A stretch of DNA of 64,000 nt from Nitrosopumilus sp. (GCA_965249555.1 OZ252243.1:544001-608000), one strand, 5' to 3'; shown: positions 1 to 8,988, numbered from the stretch's first letter. The notes: generated from the sequence alone by a model not told the origin. A program made the numbers and translations.

Positions 1-114
1 CATGACACAAAATCTGATATGGTGACTAACGAAATCAACGAGAGGTTTGAGATAGTTTGTGATCTTCCAGATGTTGTATTCTGGTTCGTAGACGAACCAT
101 TACCAGAAAAGTAA
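1..114 (+). CDS. 3' end of a hypothetical protein (partial, runs off window)
   Basis: Frame 1 is open from base 1 to TAA at 112-114 (HDTKSDMVTNEINERFEIVCDLPDVVFWFVDEPLPEK*). Confidence 0.5.
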   Translation, partial: HDTKSDMVTNEINERFEIVCDLPDVVFWFVDEPLPEK

Positions 115-186
115 TCTAATAATGAAATTTAAAATGCTAATTTGTTAATTAGAATATTTATTAGCTATTACACTGTAGTTGGTTGC

Positions 187-480
187 ATGAGTTGGGATTT
201 TGAAACTAAAAGCCAAGTGTGGGCAAGAGGAACAGCAGTGGGTAATAACGATCCTAATGATTTTAGAAAAGATCGATGTGGTGCTTGGGTAAAATGGTCA
301 AAATATGGTGATAGAGGTTCACCAACAAATTTTGGATGGGAAATTGACCATATAGATCCAAATGATGGAAATGAATTAGCAAACCTTCAACCATTACAAT
401 GGAAAAATAATGTAGACAAAAGTGATGGTAGGCTAAAGTGTAATGTAACTTCGTTAGGATTAAAGAATGTTGAACAGTGA
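187..480 (+). CDS. HNH endonuclease
   Basis: RKDRCG...GWEIDHIDP...NLQPLQWKNNVDKSD HNH signature; ATG at 187 preferred over upstream TTG. Confidence 0.85.
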   Translation: MSWDFETKSQVWARGTAVGNNDPNDFRKDRCGAWVKWSKYGDRGSPTNFGWEIDHIDPNDGNELANLQPLQWKNNVDKSDGRLKCNVTSLGLKNVEQ

Positions 481-607
481 TTAAGAGTCATGAATAAACT
501 GCCTAGAGAGAATTAATCATATTTTGAAACTTGATACAATACCGTCTCAAATCTTCTAGAATTTGAGTGTCCTAAACTAAAACTTCAATACCACACTTCC
601 ATGTGTG

Positions 608-637
608 GCCAACTTTCACTAAACAATTTTTGGCGTG
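608..637 (+). repeat. 30-bp direct repeat, copy 1 (GCCAACTTTCACTAAACAATTTTTGGCGTG)
   Basis: 29/30 identical to 1359-1388; internal GCCAA...TTGGC dyad. Confidence 0.9.
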
Positions 638-703
638 TGATCCATGAATGTTTGTTCTTTCAATTGGAAAAATACATATTAGTAATTCCACAATTTTATT
701 TTC

Positions 704-1315
704 GTGAATAAAGGAGTAATAATTGGTGTAATTGTAGTAGTTGCTGTAATAGGTGGAATTTTAGCTGGTCCATTATTTTATGAAACAGAGATTGATGAGC
801 CTTTACCTATGGCCCTTGACAAAATTGAAGAAGGTTTGACGTTGGAAAAGTTTTCAAACATGGATGATCAGAATCGTCAGATCCTAGTAGAAAAGATACC
901 TGAAAAAGTAAAAGATATGATTATGGAAGAGTCTGCAACTATGTCTACAAGCATGTCTGAGGATATGGGCGATATGATGGATGAGAAATCTGCAGAGAGT
1001 GCAATTGAAATTGTAAAAACTGGAGAATTTATGGGGCTTGCAGGTCATAGTGCTCAAGGCACCGCCAAAATTATTCAAGTAAATGATATGACTTTCCTTA
1101 GATTTGAAAACTTTGAGGTAACAAACGGACCAGATCTTCGGGTGTACTTGACTCAAGATGGAAATGTAAAAGAAGGTATTCATTTAGAGAAATTAAAAGG
1201 CAGTAAAGGAGATCAAAATTATCTTTTAGAAAACATTGATATCGGAGTTTATGATCGCGTAGTGATCTATTGCCAGCCATTTGGTGTGTACTTTGGTGAA
1301 GCTACTCTGAATTGA
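704..1315 (+). CDS. Membrane-anchored DM13 domain protein
   Basis: N-terminal TM helix; GHSAQG, LRFENFEVTNGPDLRVYL, LKGSKGDQNY and VVIYCQPFGVYFG are DM13 motifs. Confidence 0.9.
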   Translation: MNKGVIIGVIVVVAVIGGILAGPLFYETEIDEPLPMALDKIEEGLTLEKFSNMDDQNRQILVEKIPEKVKDMIMEESATMSTSMSEDMGDMMDEKSAESAIEIVKTGEFMGLAGHSAQGTAKIIQVNDMTFLRFENFEVTNGPDLRVYLTQDGNVKEGIHLEKLKGSKGDQNYLLENIDIGVYDRVVIYCQPFGVYFGEATLN

Positions 1316-1358
1316 TTATTTTCTCTGTAAAATTATCAAAATAATGTTTTCACGTATA

Positions 1359-1388
1359 GCCAACTTTCACTCAACAATTTTTGGCGTG
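1359..1388 (+). repeat. 30-bp direct repeat, copy 2 (GCCAACTTTCACTCAACAATTTTTGGCGTG)
   Basis: 29/30 identical to 608-637. Confidence 0.9.
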
Positions 1389-1531
1389 CAAACCAACAGC
1401 TGCATAACAAGTGGTTAACTATAATTCAAAATGCCTCATTAAGTAAGGGTTCAGAATAGGTTTTAAAAGGAATTTCATATCAAATAAAATTTTCCCATGA
1501 TATTTATATAGAAATTTCTTGATCAAAAAAC

Positions 1532-1669
1532 ATGTCTCTGGAATTGATTCCAAAATCTGAACTTCCCGAATGGGGAGAAGAAGATGAGAAACTTAAAAAT
1601 GAATTTGAGGTACGAATGAGATCAGGCAGATTACATCTCGTAAGTGCTGAAAACCCAGAGAATTTTTAG
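1532..1669 (+). CDS. Small acidic hypothetical protein (45 aa), possibly antitoxin-like or frameshifted
   Basis: ATG at 1532 about 25 nt after a TTTATATA TATA box; MSLELIPKSELPEWGEEDEKLKNEFEVRMRSGRLHLVSAENPENF*. Confidence 0.45.
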   Translation: MSLELIPKSELPEWGEEDEKLKNEFEVRMRSGRLHLVSAENPENF

Positions 1670-1682
1670 AAAGGAAAAATGA

Positions 1683-1964
1683 ATCACGAGTGATAGTGAA
1701 TACAAATTAGCAAATGGATTCACTCTCTTTTATGATTCAGGTAAGGTCATACCATGGTTAGATAGTATGGATCCTACTCTAAGTGCAAAAATCAAACAGT
1801 TCATTTGGAATAAAGCATTTGAACATTCATTAGTTGATTTCAGACCATGTGGAAAAAATGAAGAATATCGTTTTTTCATAATCAAAAGTCCGTCAATAAA
1901 AGTTTCATATCGAGATTTTGGAACTTACTGGATTGTGTATTCTATTACACCCTATTCTAAATGA
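1683..1964 (+). CDS. Small basic hypothetical protein, possibly RelE-like; start uncertain
   Basis: Frame is open from 1683 but the first ATG is at 1767; directly follows the small acidic ORF. Confidence 0.35.
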   Translation: MTSDSEYKLANGFTLFYDSGKVIPWLDSMDPTLSAKIKQFIWNKAFEHSLVDFRPCGKNEEYRFFIIKSPSIKVSYRDFGTYWIVYSITPYSK

Positions 1965-2050
1965 CTTACTAGCTTAACTCTATGTGATTAATTGGGATTT
2001 GCAAAGTCAAGATTTGAACTTGTAGATAATGTGATTGTGAAAAATAATGA

Positions 2051-3025
2051 TTATTTTACTCTGCTTCCCATAAACTCAATGTTGTAATATTTGTTATTTT
2101 TCTTTGGATTGTAACTAATACCATATGTGTCAGCCAAAATATCGTAAATATCCTCTCTAAAACTCCTATATGCAATCTCTCCAGATTTCCGTCTTCTAAT
2201 TCTGTCTCCAAACTTGCGTCTGGATTTAGCAAGTTTTTCTATTTGCTCCATTGTAAGTTTCAAACTAAAATCTATTACTAGATTATAGCTAATCACTTGT
2301 TTGTCATTTTTTAGTGCATAACGAGTATGATTAATAATTTTTACACTTTTAGGTAATTTCTCATTTATTTCATCAATGATATTCATTATCTCAAATGATT
2401 TTCCAACATATTCTGCAGGTGAAATTGTATATGCAGAGTATTTTATCATAAAATCATAATATTCTCCTTTAGGTTTTTTTGCAAGTTCTTCAAAAATATC
2501 TAAATGATCTAAAATATATCTACGAAAGTCATCTTTGTTTCCTAATTCAATAATTTTGTTTTCTAAATGTTCTAAAAATGCACCATCCCATAAGAAACAA
2601 TTATGTTTTTTAAGATTTTCTCTAATTCCTTGATTGCGTCCATCATCTTTTGCAGTCATTACAAGAATTCCAATTACATCTTTGTTCTGTCTTTTTCTAT
2701 AATCATCTAACTGGCCAGTTAAAGTATACATTATTTTTTCTGACATTTTCAAATCAGCGTAATCTTTACATTCGATAAAAATTTCGATGTTTGGATCACG
2801 TGCCAGAACATCAATTCTGAATTTATCATTTGTACTGTCATTAAAAACAAAAGAAACTTCTCTGTCTACATCAAAACCTGCAAATTTCAAAATATGTGAA
2901 GTTGAAGTTTCTAACCATTCTCCACTCTTTTTTTGATCACCAATATGTGTGCCTTGAGAAATTTCTGCTTCTGGAGGAGTAGTACTTTGTTTGTATTCTT
3001 CTTTAATTATTTGAGGCTTGGGCAT
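2051..3025 (-). CDS. PD-(D/E)xK restriction-endonuclease-like (Mrr-type) protein; C-terminal part of a gene split by the IS, with a start supplied by the IS end
   Basis: RIDVLA...IFIECKD nuclease motif; the first codons (ATG CCC AAG CCT C) lie inside the element end at 3013-3025. Confidence 0.8.
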   Translation of the reverse strand: MPKPQIIKEEYKQSTTPPEAEISQGTHIGDQKKSGEWLETSTSHILKFAGFDVDREVSFVFNDSTNDKFRIDVLARDPNIEIFIECKDYADLKMSEKIMYTLTGQLDDYRKRQNKDVIGILVMTAKDDGRNQGIRENLKKHNCFLWDGAFLEHLENKIIELGNKDDFRRYILDHLDIFEELAKKPKGEYYDFMIKYSAYTISPAEYVGKSFEIMNIIDEINEKLPKSVKIINHTRYALKNDKQVISYNLVIDFSLKLTMEQIEKLAKSRRKFGDRIRRRKSGEIAYRSFREDIYDILADTYGISYNPKKNNKYYNIEFMGSRVK

Positions 3026-4387
3026 AATGATTTACAAAAAAACCAAGACTTTTCTCTAACAGCAAAGCATTCTTTTCACAGTCCTTGGATTTTCACTTTT
3101 AATTACACAGACGTTATACGAAATCTTTTTCATATCTTGTGATGTATACCTACTGTTGGGCCTGAGAGTTGAATGGATACTGCCATGTACAAGGGCGTTT
3201 AACAGACTAACTCAAAGTAAGCGGAAAACAAAATACCACATAGATGAGACATGAGCATAATCCATTCTAATTTTTAACCGATTTCTCAAATTATTCAAAT
3301 AGAAAAAGCCAAGGATCTCATTATGTTTTGTTCATTGGAATGATTACAAAACAAATAAAAATCCCTGACAAGATTCTATGTGAGTCATTTCTTATTAGTA
3401 TTTTGTATCTGGTTGGAACACTATATCTGTATGAGAATGCAGTGAGACGAGGACGGCCATATGTCTATTCAACTGTTCTGATGGTTCAGTTATTCATCGT
3501 AAAGTCATGGATGAGAATTCCAAGTAACAACACACTGCATTATTTTCTCTCAATCAAATGTGCCAATGACAAATTACTCAAGGTTTGCAGATTAAACCAA
3601 ATCCCTGACAGAAGGACAATTGACAGAAGATTTCAATGCTTGCCAATCAATGAAATTATTAGCACTGTAGGAAATTTGTTTGTCTCAGAAGGATTGGTGA
3701 ATAGTGAATCAGCATCAGTTGATAGTTCAATGCTAAAAGCTTCAGGTCCAGTATGGCACAAATCAGACATCAAAAAGAATCACCTACCAATTGCAGGAAT
3801 TGACACAAATGCCAAGTGGGGATTCTCCAAATCAAAGGGTTGGGTGTATGGATACAAACTACACATGAGTTGCAGTACGGGAAGACTGGTTGTTCCATTA
3901 TCTGCATGTGTAACTACTGCAAATGTCCATGATAGCAAGCCATATGAGAAATTGATTGGGTCACTTTCTGGATTGATGAATAACATACTGTGTGATCCGG
4001 CATATGATGATTCCAAACTATACGAGTCAACTAAGAATAATGCCATGAGATTAATCTGTCCGGTCAAAAAATACCCGTCTACGCCGCCAGCCAGAATAAA
4101 GTTGATAGGGTTTTACAATTCAGCAGTTGGTCGGAAATTATATTCTCAGAGAAAAATATCAATTGAACCACTCTTTGAAATAATCAAGGATACGTTTAAC
4201 ATTAGAACAGTTCCGGTGAAAGGATTTGAGAACGTACAATCATTCGTGCTGATTTGTGTGCTGGTGTATCAGTTGGCAGTGTATTATAATTGTGTAATTG
4301 GAAGTGGGAATCCAAGGATTGTGAAAAGAATGCTTTGTTGTTAGAGAAAAGTCTTGGTTTTTTTGTAAATCATTATGCCCAAGTCTC
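3013..4387. mobile_element. Composite DDE insertion element: core IS 3246-4387, an extra inverted right-end copy 3013-3109, and about 136 bp of passenger DNA; 8-bp TSD AATTATTT
   Basis: TSD at 3005-3012 and 4388-4395; 97-bp inverted repeat 3013-3109 vs 4291-4387; internal IR GAGACATGAGCATAAT at 3246-3261 matches the right end 14/16. Confidence 0.92.
3340..4344 (+). CDS. DDE transposase (DDE_Tnp_1-like, IS4/IS5/IS982 clan)
   Basis: SVDSS / AKWG...GYKLH / CDPAYD / RKISIEPLF catalytic motifs; intact ORF. Confidence 0.9.
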   Translation: MITKQIKIPDKILCESFLISILYLVGTLYLYENAVRRGRPYVYSTVLMVQLFIVKSWMRIPSNNTLHYFLSIKCANDKLLKVCRLNQIPDRRTIDRRFQCLPINEIISTVGNLFVSEGLVNSESASVDSSMLKASGPVWHKSDIKKNHLPIAGIDTNAKWGFSKSKGWVYGYKLHMSCSTGRLVVPLSACVTTANVHDSKPYEKLIGSLSGLMNNILCDPAYDDSKLYESTKNNAMRLICPVKKYPSTPPARIKLIGFYNSAVGRKLYSQRKISIEPLFEIIKDTFNIRTVPVKGFENVQSFVLICVLVYQLAVYYNCVIGSGNPRIVKRMLCC

Positions 4388-4507
4388 AATTATTTGAGTA
4401 GTATCTTCTAAAACAGAAATTTTTGATTCAATAATTGGTGTGCCACATCCAGTACAAAATCTATCTTCATGACCTGATTGTTTTCCACAACCTCTACAAA
4501 AACCCAT
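4373..4507 (-). pseudogene. Zinc-ribbon N-terminal fragment of the nuclease gene at 2051-3012
   Basis: MGFCRGCGKQSGHEDRFCTGCGTPIIESKISVLEDTTQII joins in frame to QIIKEEYKQ once the element and one TSD are removed. Confidence 0.88.
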
Positions 4508-4765
4508 ATTGTTTTCATAAGTTACTTGCAAATAAAGCCGATCATGTTATTTTGTATGATAAACATTGAGAACATAGTTTGTCAGGTTGTAAAATTTACA
4601 AATCTGCCAAGATTTGGCCATTAAATCTCTAAAGGGAAATTGTCTGATGGGTCAGATGTTGATAAGATATGGGATAAATCAAATGAGGATTAGACATGTT
4701 TATTCGTTAAACTATGATTGCTTATAGACCATGTTCAAATCTGAGTGCGTACAATATTTCTCCTT

Positions 4766-5386
4766 TTAGTACTGTTTTATAGAATCTTTATTTTCATCAA
4801 TATATGCAGCAATCATTTCTTCTACTTGTGATGTATCTGGCCGATATGCTACAGTTTCATCTAGTTCAGGTTTCACCATATTTTTAATAATTATTTTTGC
4901 TTCTTTATAATCTCCCATCCATGCATAAATATCTGCTTGAGTTTTAGCTCTTTCAATAACTCCTTGCATTTTTGTTTTACTAGAAACCCATGTTGTTTTT
5001 AATTCAATTAAAATACCATCTTCTACACCATCTACATTCCCAGAAACAAAATAATCGATCCCCTCATAATTGAATTTCTTTGGAGGTAGCCAAATTTCAT
5101 TGAATTCACTTTGACCGTGATAGTACTGACCAAATTTCAAATTTAATTTAGATTCTATCATAGTATCAAGTTCTCCAATTGTTAAATCACCTACCTTCGA
5201 TTCAGGATCTATCTTTTCAAATGTTTTATCAAAGTGAAAAAAACTTGCTACCGAAGCAACCCATACTTTCAAATGTTTTTTATGTTCAGTATCGTCTAGA
5301 TTATAGTTTGTAAATGAAAAATCTTGATTTTTTATTTTTTTAATTCGTTGCTTACAACAGTCACAATCAAGTATCCAATCTCCCAC
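4766..5386 (-). CDS. RecB/Cas4-like PD-(D/E)xK nuclease (solo)
   Basis: VSGNVDG...LIELKTT...QADIYAW motifs; no C-terminal Cas4 Cys cluster. Confidence 0.75.
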   Translation of the reverse strand: MGDWILDCDCCKQRIKKIKNQDFSFTNYNLDDTEHKKHLKVWVASVASFFHFDKTFEKIDPESKVGDLTIGELDTMIESKLNLKFGQYYHGQSEFNEIWLPPKKFNYEGIDYFVSGNVDGVEDGILIELKTTWVSSKTKMQGVIERAKTQADIYAWMGDYKEAKIIIKNMVKPELDETVAYRPDTSQVEEMIAAYIDENKDSIKQY

Positions 5387-5532
5387 ATAATATGAAATTC
5401 ACATAACTATTTAGACTTTATTTGAAAATTCACTGAAGATATGCTCTGCACTTCGTATTATGTTAATCAAAGTTTTATTCTATCATTATTTAAGAAATAA
5501 GTTAATTAATTCAAAAATACATTCAACTTGTG

Positions 5533-5709
5533 ATGTCTACAATAAAAACGCCTACAATAACAATTTTTACCGGAATAAGCGGAATTGATAAAAAAGATTT
5601 TCTCAAGAGATTGATCAAAAAATCTAAAATGGAGGGAAAAGTTTTGTTATTGAATGTTGAAGATGAGTTGATCAATGAAGAACATGCATCTTGCAGGAAA
5701 AGCATTTGA
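5533..5709 (+). pseudogene. N-terminal fragment of a P-loop kinase/ATPase-like protein
   Basis: MSTIKTPTITIFTGISGIDKKDF, a beta strand followed by a degenerate Walker A; runs out of frame into the HD fragment near 5685. Confidence 0.5.
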
Positions 5710-6433
5710 TTCTATGAAAATTAATTCAGAAAAATTTGGAACATTTGAACCTGATGAAAAAGACCGAGCTACTATTCGTATGGCTGCATTATTGCATGAT
5801 GTAGGACATGCACCTTTTTCTCATTCACTTGAATCTCTTTTAGAGAATTCACATGAAAAATACTCCCAAGCATTAATTGATTATTATTTTAAAGACCATA
5901 TCGAGGCTGCTGGAGTAAAAATTGATGATGTACGTGATTTAATCATTGGGGCTTACCGTAAATCTTACCTAAGTAAAATTGTAAGCGGACAACTAGATGT
6001 TGATAGGCTTGATTATTTGCTTCGTGACTCTCATTATGCCGGTGTAACATATGGACTATATGATTTGGGACGAATAATTGATCAATTGGCAATTGTACAT
6101 AACAAATTTGTTGTATTGGAGGGAGGCTATGAGGCAGTAGAACAGCTAATCTTTGCAAGATATCAAATGTATCAACAGGTATACTTTCACAAAACAAAAA
6201 GAGCTTTTGAGCTTATGCTTTGGAAATGCGGAGAAATCCTAAAGAACAAATCTCTTTTGAAAATTCCAGGACTAAGAGATTTGGGAACAGAACAAGGACA
6301 AGAAGAATATTTGAAATGTGATGACATATGGTTTCTAAATACAATTCATGATGAAAATAATCCTCCAAAAGTAAAGGTAATTGCTGATATGATCAAAACA
6401 CGAAGATCATATCATGAAACATGCTTCTCCTAG
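5675..6433 (+). pseudogene. HD-domain dNTP triphosphohydrolase-like protein, truncated at both ends
   Basis: AALLHDVGHAPFSH, LDVDRLDYLLRDS and YQQVYFHK are present; the usual N-terminal RxxHSLG segment is missing and the C-terminus stops abruptly. Confidence 0.8.
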
Positions 6434-6590
6434 TAGCAGCTTGTGAACAGTAATCCAGACAAATGCAATCTCTTTTCCATCTATTCTGTTATCTACAAGT
6501 CTTTTGATCAGTTCTGCCATCATTATGGTCTTGCCAGAGCCAGTAGGGGATTTGAGGACACAAATTTTATTTGATTCTAAATTGAGAAAC
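6433..6590 (-). pseudogene. Fragment of a type III restriction Res / SF2 helicase N-terminus
   Basis: LKSPTGSGKTIMMAELI...AFVWIT Walker A region, about 52 codons, abutting the rlmN stop. Confidence 0.75.
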
Positions 6591-7646
6591 TCATCCAACA
6601 ATGTCGGTTCTGAGTTGACCACATGCAGCTGAGATCTCAGTACCTTTTTCCACACGAACAGTACAGTTTACCCCAGCATTAGATAAAATTCGTTCAAATT
6701 CATCAACATTGTCTTGTGTTGGGCGTTTAAAATCACCAGCAGTGGGATTGATGGGAATCAAATTTACATGAGAACCATTTCCTTTCAAAAGTTTAGCTAG
6801 TTCTGATGCAATTTCAGGTGAGTCATTAATTCCCGCCATAAGTGCATATTCAAAAGTCACACGACGTCCAGTTTTTTTGTAATACCTTTTACCTGCTTCA
6901 ATAATTTCTTCAACGGAATTTTGTGTTGCTGTAGGAACCAATTTTTTTCGTAGTTCATTGTTTGGAGAATGGAGTGATATTGCAAGACCAACTTGCAGAT
7001 TTTCTTCAGCCAGTTTATCTATTCCAGATGTAATACCTATAGTAGAAATGGTTATGTGTCGTTGACCAAGTCCAAAACCTCTATCATGTGTTAAAATTCG
7101 CACAGCACGAATCATCTCATCATAGTTTGCCATGGGTTCACCCATTCCCATAAAGACCAAGTTTGTTACATGTTCCCCTCGTTGCTGTAAAATACCTGCA
7201 AAATGAATTACTTGAGATACAATATGCTCAGCTTTGAGATTTGTTTCAAATCCCATTTGACCAGTTGCACAAAACACACATCCCATTGCACAACCAATTT
7301 GAGTTGAAACACAGATTGTTGATCTTGGATGACCACCAATTTTTGATGGAGTATATTGCATTAGAACAGTTTCTACAGAATTTTCATCAGTGAGATCAAG
7401 TAATAATTTAGTTACATCTCCATCATCGCTTACAACACGATGAACTTCTTTTGCTGAACCAATTGTGTATCCGGCTTCAATTAATTCTTCTCTTAATTTT
7501 TTTGGAAGTTGTGGTATATCATTGATATCTTTTGGAAATTTATAATAAAGTGGAAGTAAAATTTGGTCTGCTCGATATCTTGGATAACCCATATCAATTA
7601 CTAATTGTTCCATCTCTTCTGGAAGTAAATGATAAAGATCTGTCAT
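6591..7646 (-). CDS. rlmN: 23S rRNA/tRNA C2-adenine radical SAM methyltransferase RlmN
   Basis: CVSTQIGCAMGCVFCATG, MGMGEP, AACGQL. Confidence 0.95.
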   Translation of the reverse strand: MTDLYHLLPEEMEQLVIDMGYPRYRADQILLPLYYKFPKDINDIPQLPKKLREELIEAGYTIGSAKEVHRVVSDDGDVTKLLLDLTDENSVETVLMQYTPSKIGGHPRSTICVSTQIGCAMGCVFCATGQMGFETNLKAEHIVSQVIHFAGILQQRGEHVTNLVFMGMGEPMANYDEMIRAVRILTHDRGFGLGQRHITISTIGITSGIDKLAEENLQVGLAISLHSPNNELRKKLVPTATQNSVEEIIEAGKRYYKKTGRRVTFEYALMAGINDSPEIASELAKLLKGNGSHVNLIPINPTAGDFKRPTQDNVDEFERILSNAGVNCTVRVEKGTEISAACGQLRTDIVG

Positions 7647-7739
7647 GATGTATAACAGATTCTCAAATATATTATAATTTAATTGATGATATCAGAAATA
7701 AAATAAATTTCAAAAAATTAGAAAGAGAAAAGAGAGTGA

Positions 7740-8972
7740 TTACTCTTCTGTTGGTTCTGAATCATCGGGTTTAGCGTCTGCTTTAGATTCTACAGTTTCT
7801 ACAGTTTCTACCGTAGTTTCAACTTCAGGTGTTTCTACCGTAGTTTCAACTTCAGGTGTTTCTACTGTAGTTTCAACTTCAGGTGTTTCTACTGTAGTTT
7901 CAACTTCAGGTGTTTCTACTGTAGTTTCAACTTCAGACTCTTTTGTCTTTTTGGTAGTTGTTTTTTTAGTAGCAACCTTTTTGGTAGTCTTTTTGGTCTT
8001 TTTCTCTGCGTCTTCAGGATCCATAACTCCTACTTCGCCTAGAGCAAAGATTACCTCCTCTTCAGGATGATGAGGGCTATCTACCATTCGAGCAATTCGT
8101 TTCTTACCTGATTTCTTAAAGTATATTCTGTAGGTACTTGTATGTGCAACTACATTTCCACCAATTGGACGAGTCGGATCACCAAAGAAGACATCAGGTG
8201 ATGCCATAACTTGATTGGTTGCAATTGCAGCACAATCGTATGTTTCAGCAATTCTTACCAATAAATGAACAAAGTGATTTAGTTTTTGTTGCCTTACTGA
8301 TAATGTTCCACGTCCTAGATATTCAGCACGGAACAAACCAACTGCAGAGTCTGCAATGATTAGTTTGATATTATTTTCTTCAATTACAGAACCAGATTCT
8401 TCTAGAATCAATGTTTGGTGTGCACTGTTATATGCACGAGCAACAATGATACGATCTAGAACTTTATCTGGATCCATTCCATGAGCTTTAGCAATAGTTA
8501 CAATTCTTTCAGGTCTGAAAGTATTTTCAGTATCAATGTACAAAACACTACCTTCAAGACCGCCTTCCTCTTTGGTTTTTTGAACCATTACAGACATTGT
8601 ATGAGCAAATTGTGTTTTACCACAACCAAATTCTCCATAAACTTCTGTCAAGGCTTGAGTTTCAATACCACCATCAAATAGTGTATCAAGGCAGTTTGTA
8701 CCAGTTGTAATTTTACCAATATTTTGTCGGCGTTTGTAAATTTCACTTGCACTAACAAAGTCTTTGGAAAGTAATCCTCCTTCAACTAAATGTTGTCGGG
8801 CTTTATTGACAATTTTTGCTGCAGTATCTTTATCCATTCCAGTTATTTCTGCAATTTCTACTGGACCTCTAACGATGAGATCCATAATGTTGTGGATGCC
8901 TGCATCGGACATTTTTCTTGTAGTTACAGGACCTACGCCCTCTAAACTATCTAATCTTAAATCTTCTACCAT
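7740..8972 (-). CDS. radA: DNA repair and recombination protein RadA with repetitive acidic C-terminal tail
   Basis: HhH N-terminus, GEFGCGKTQ Walker A, YIDTENTFRPERI, PIGGNVVAH. Confidence 0.97.
   Translation of the reverse strand: MVEDLRLDSLEGVGPVTTRKMSDAGIHNIMDLIVRGPVEIAEITGMDKDTAAKIVNKARQHLVEGGLLSKDFVSASEIYKRRQNIGKITTGTNCLDTLFDGGIETQALTEVYGEFGCGKTQFAHTMSVMVQKTKEEGGLEGSVLYIDTENTFRPERIVTIAKAHGMDPDKVLDRIIVARAYNSAHQTLILEESGSVIEENNIKLIIADSAVGLFRAEYLGRGTLSVRQQKLNHFVHLLVRIAETYDCAAIATNQVMASPDVFFGDPTRPIGGNVVAHTSTYRIYFKKSGKKRIARMVDSPHHPEEEVIFALGEVGVMDPEDAEKKTKKTTKKVATKKTTTKKTKESEVETTVETPEVETTVETPEVETTVETPEVETTVETPEVETTVETVETVESKADAKPDDSEPTEE
7804..7936 (-). repeat. 27-bp tandem repeat, about 5 copies, encoding (PEVETTVET)n in the RadA tail
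   Basis: Unit gtttctac(c/t)gtagtttcaacttcaggt repeated. Confidence 0.95.
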
Positions 8973-8988
8973 ACCGTATAGTACGGTA
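8972..8988. promoter_or_regulatory. Inverted repeat TACCGTA-N3-TACGGTA abutting the radA start codon (candidate operator)
   Basis: Perfect 7-bp arms between the TATA-like element (about 8996-9002) and the radA ATG. Confidence 0.45.

Noticed and set aside
4766-5386. CRISPR-associated Cas4
   Set aside because: No C-terminal Fe-S cysteines, no other cas genes and no array in the window
6591-6655. Start of the 6407-6655 ORF
   Set aside because: It is an alternative frame inside the rlmN 3' end; only 6433-6590 is helicase-like
6591-7646. Bacterial-type RlmN (possible Cfr resistance gene) in an archaeon
   Set aside because: Intact housekeeping-like gene next to radA; nothing points to Cfr or recent transfer
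7804-7936. Regular 27-bp repeats as a possible CRISPR array
   Set aside because: There are no spacers; they are in-frame coding repeats within radA
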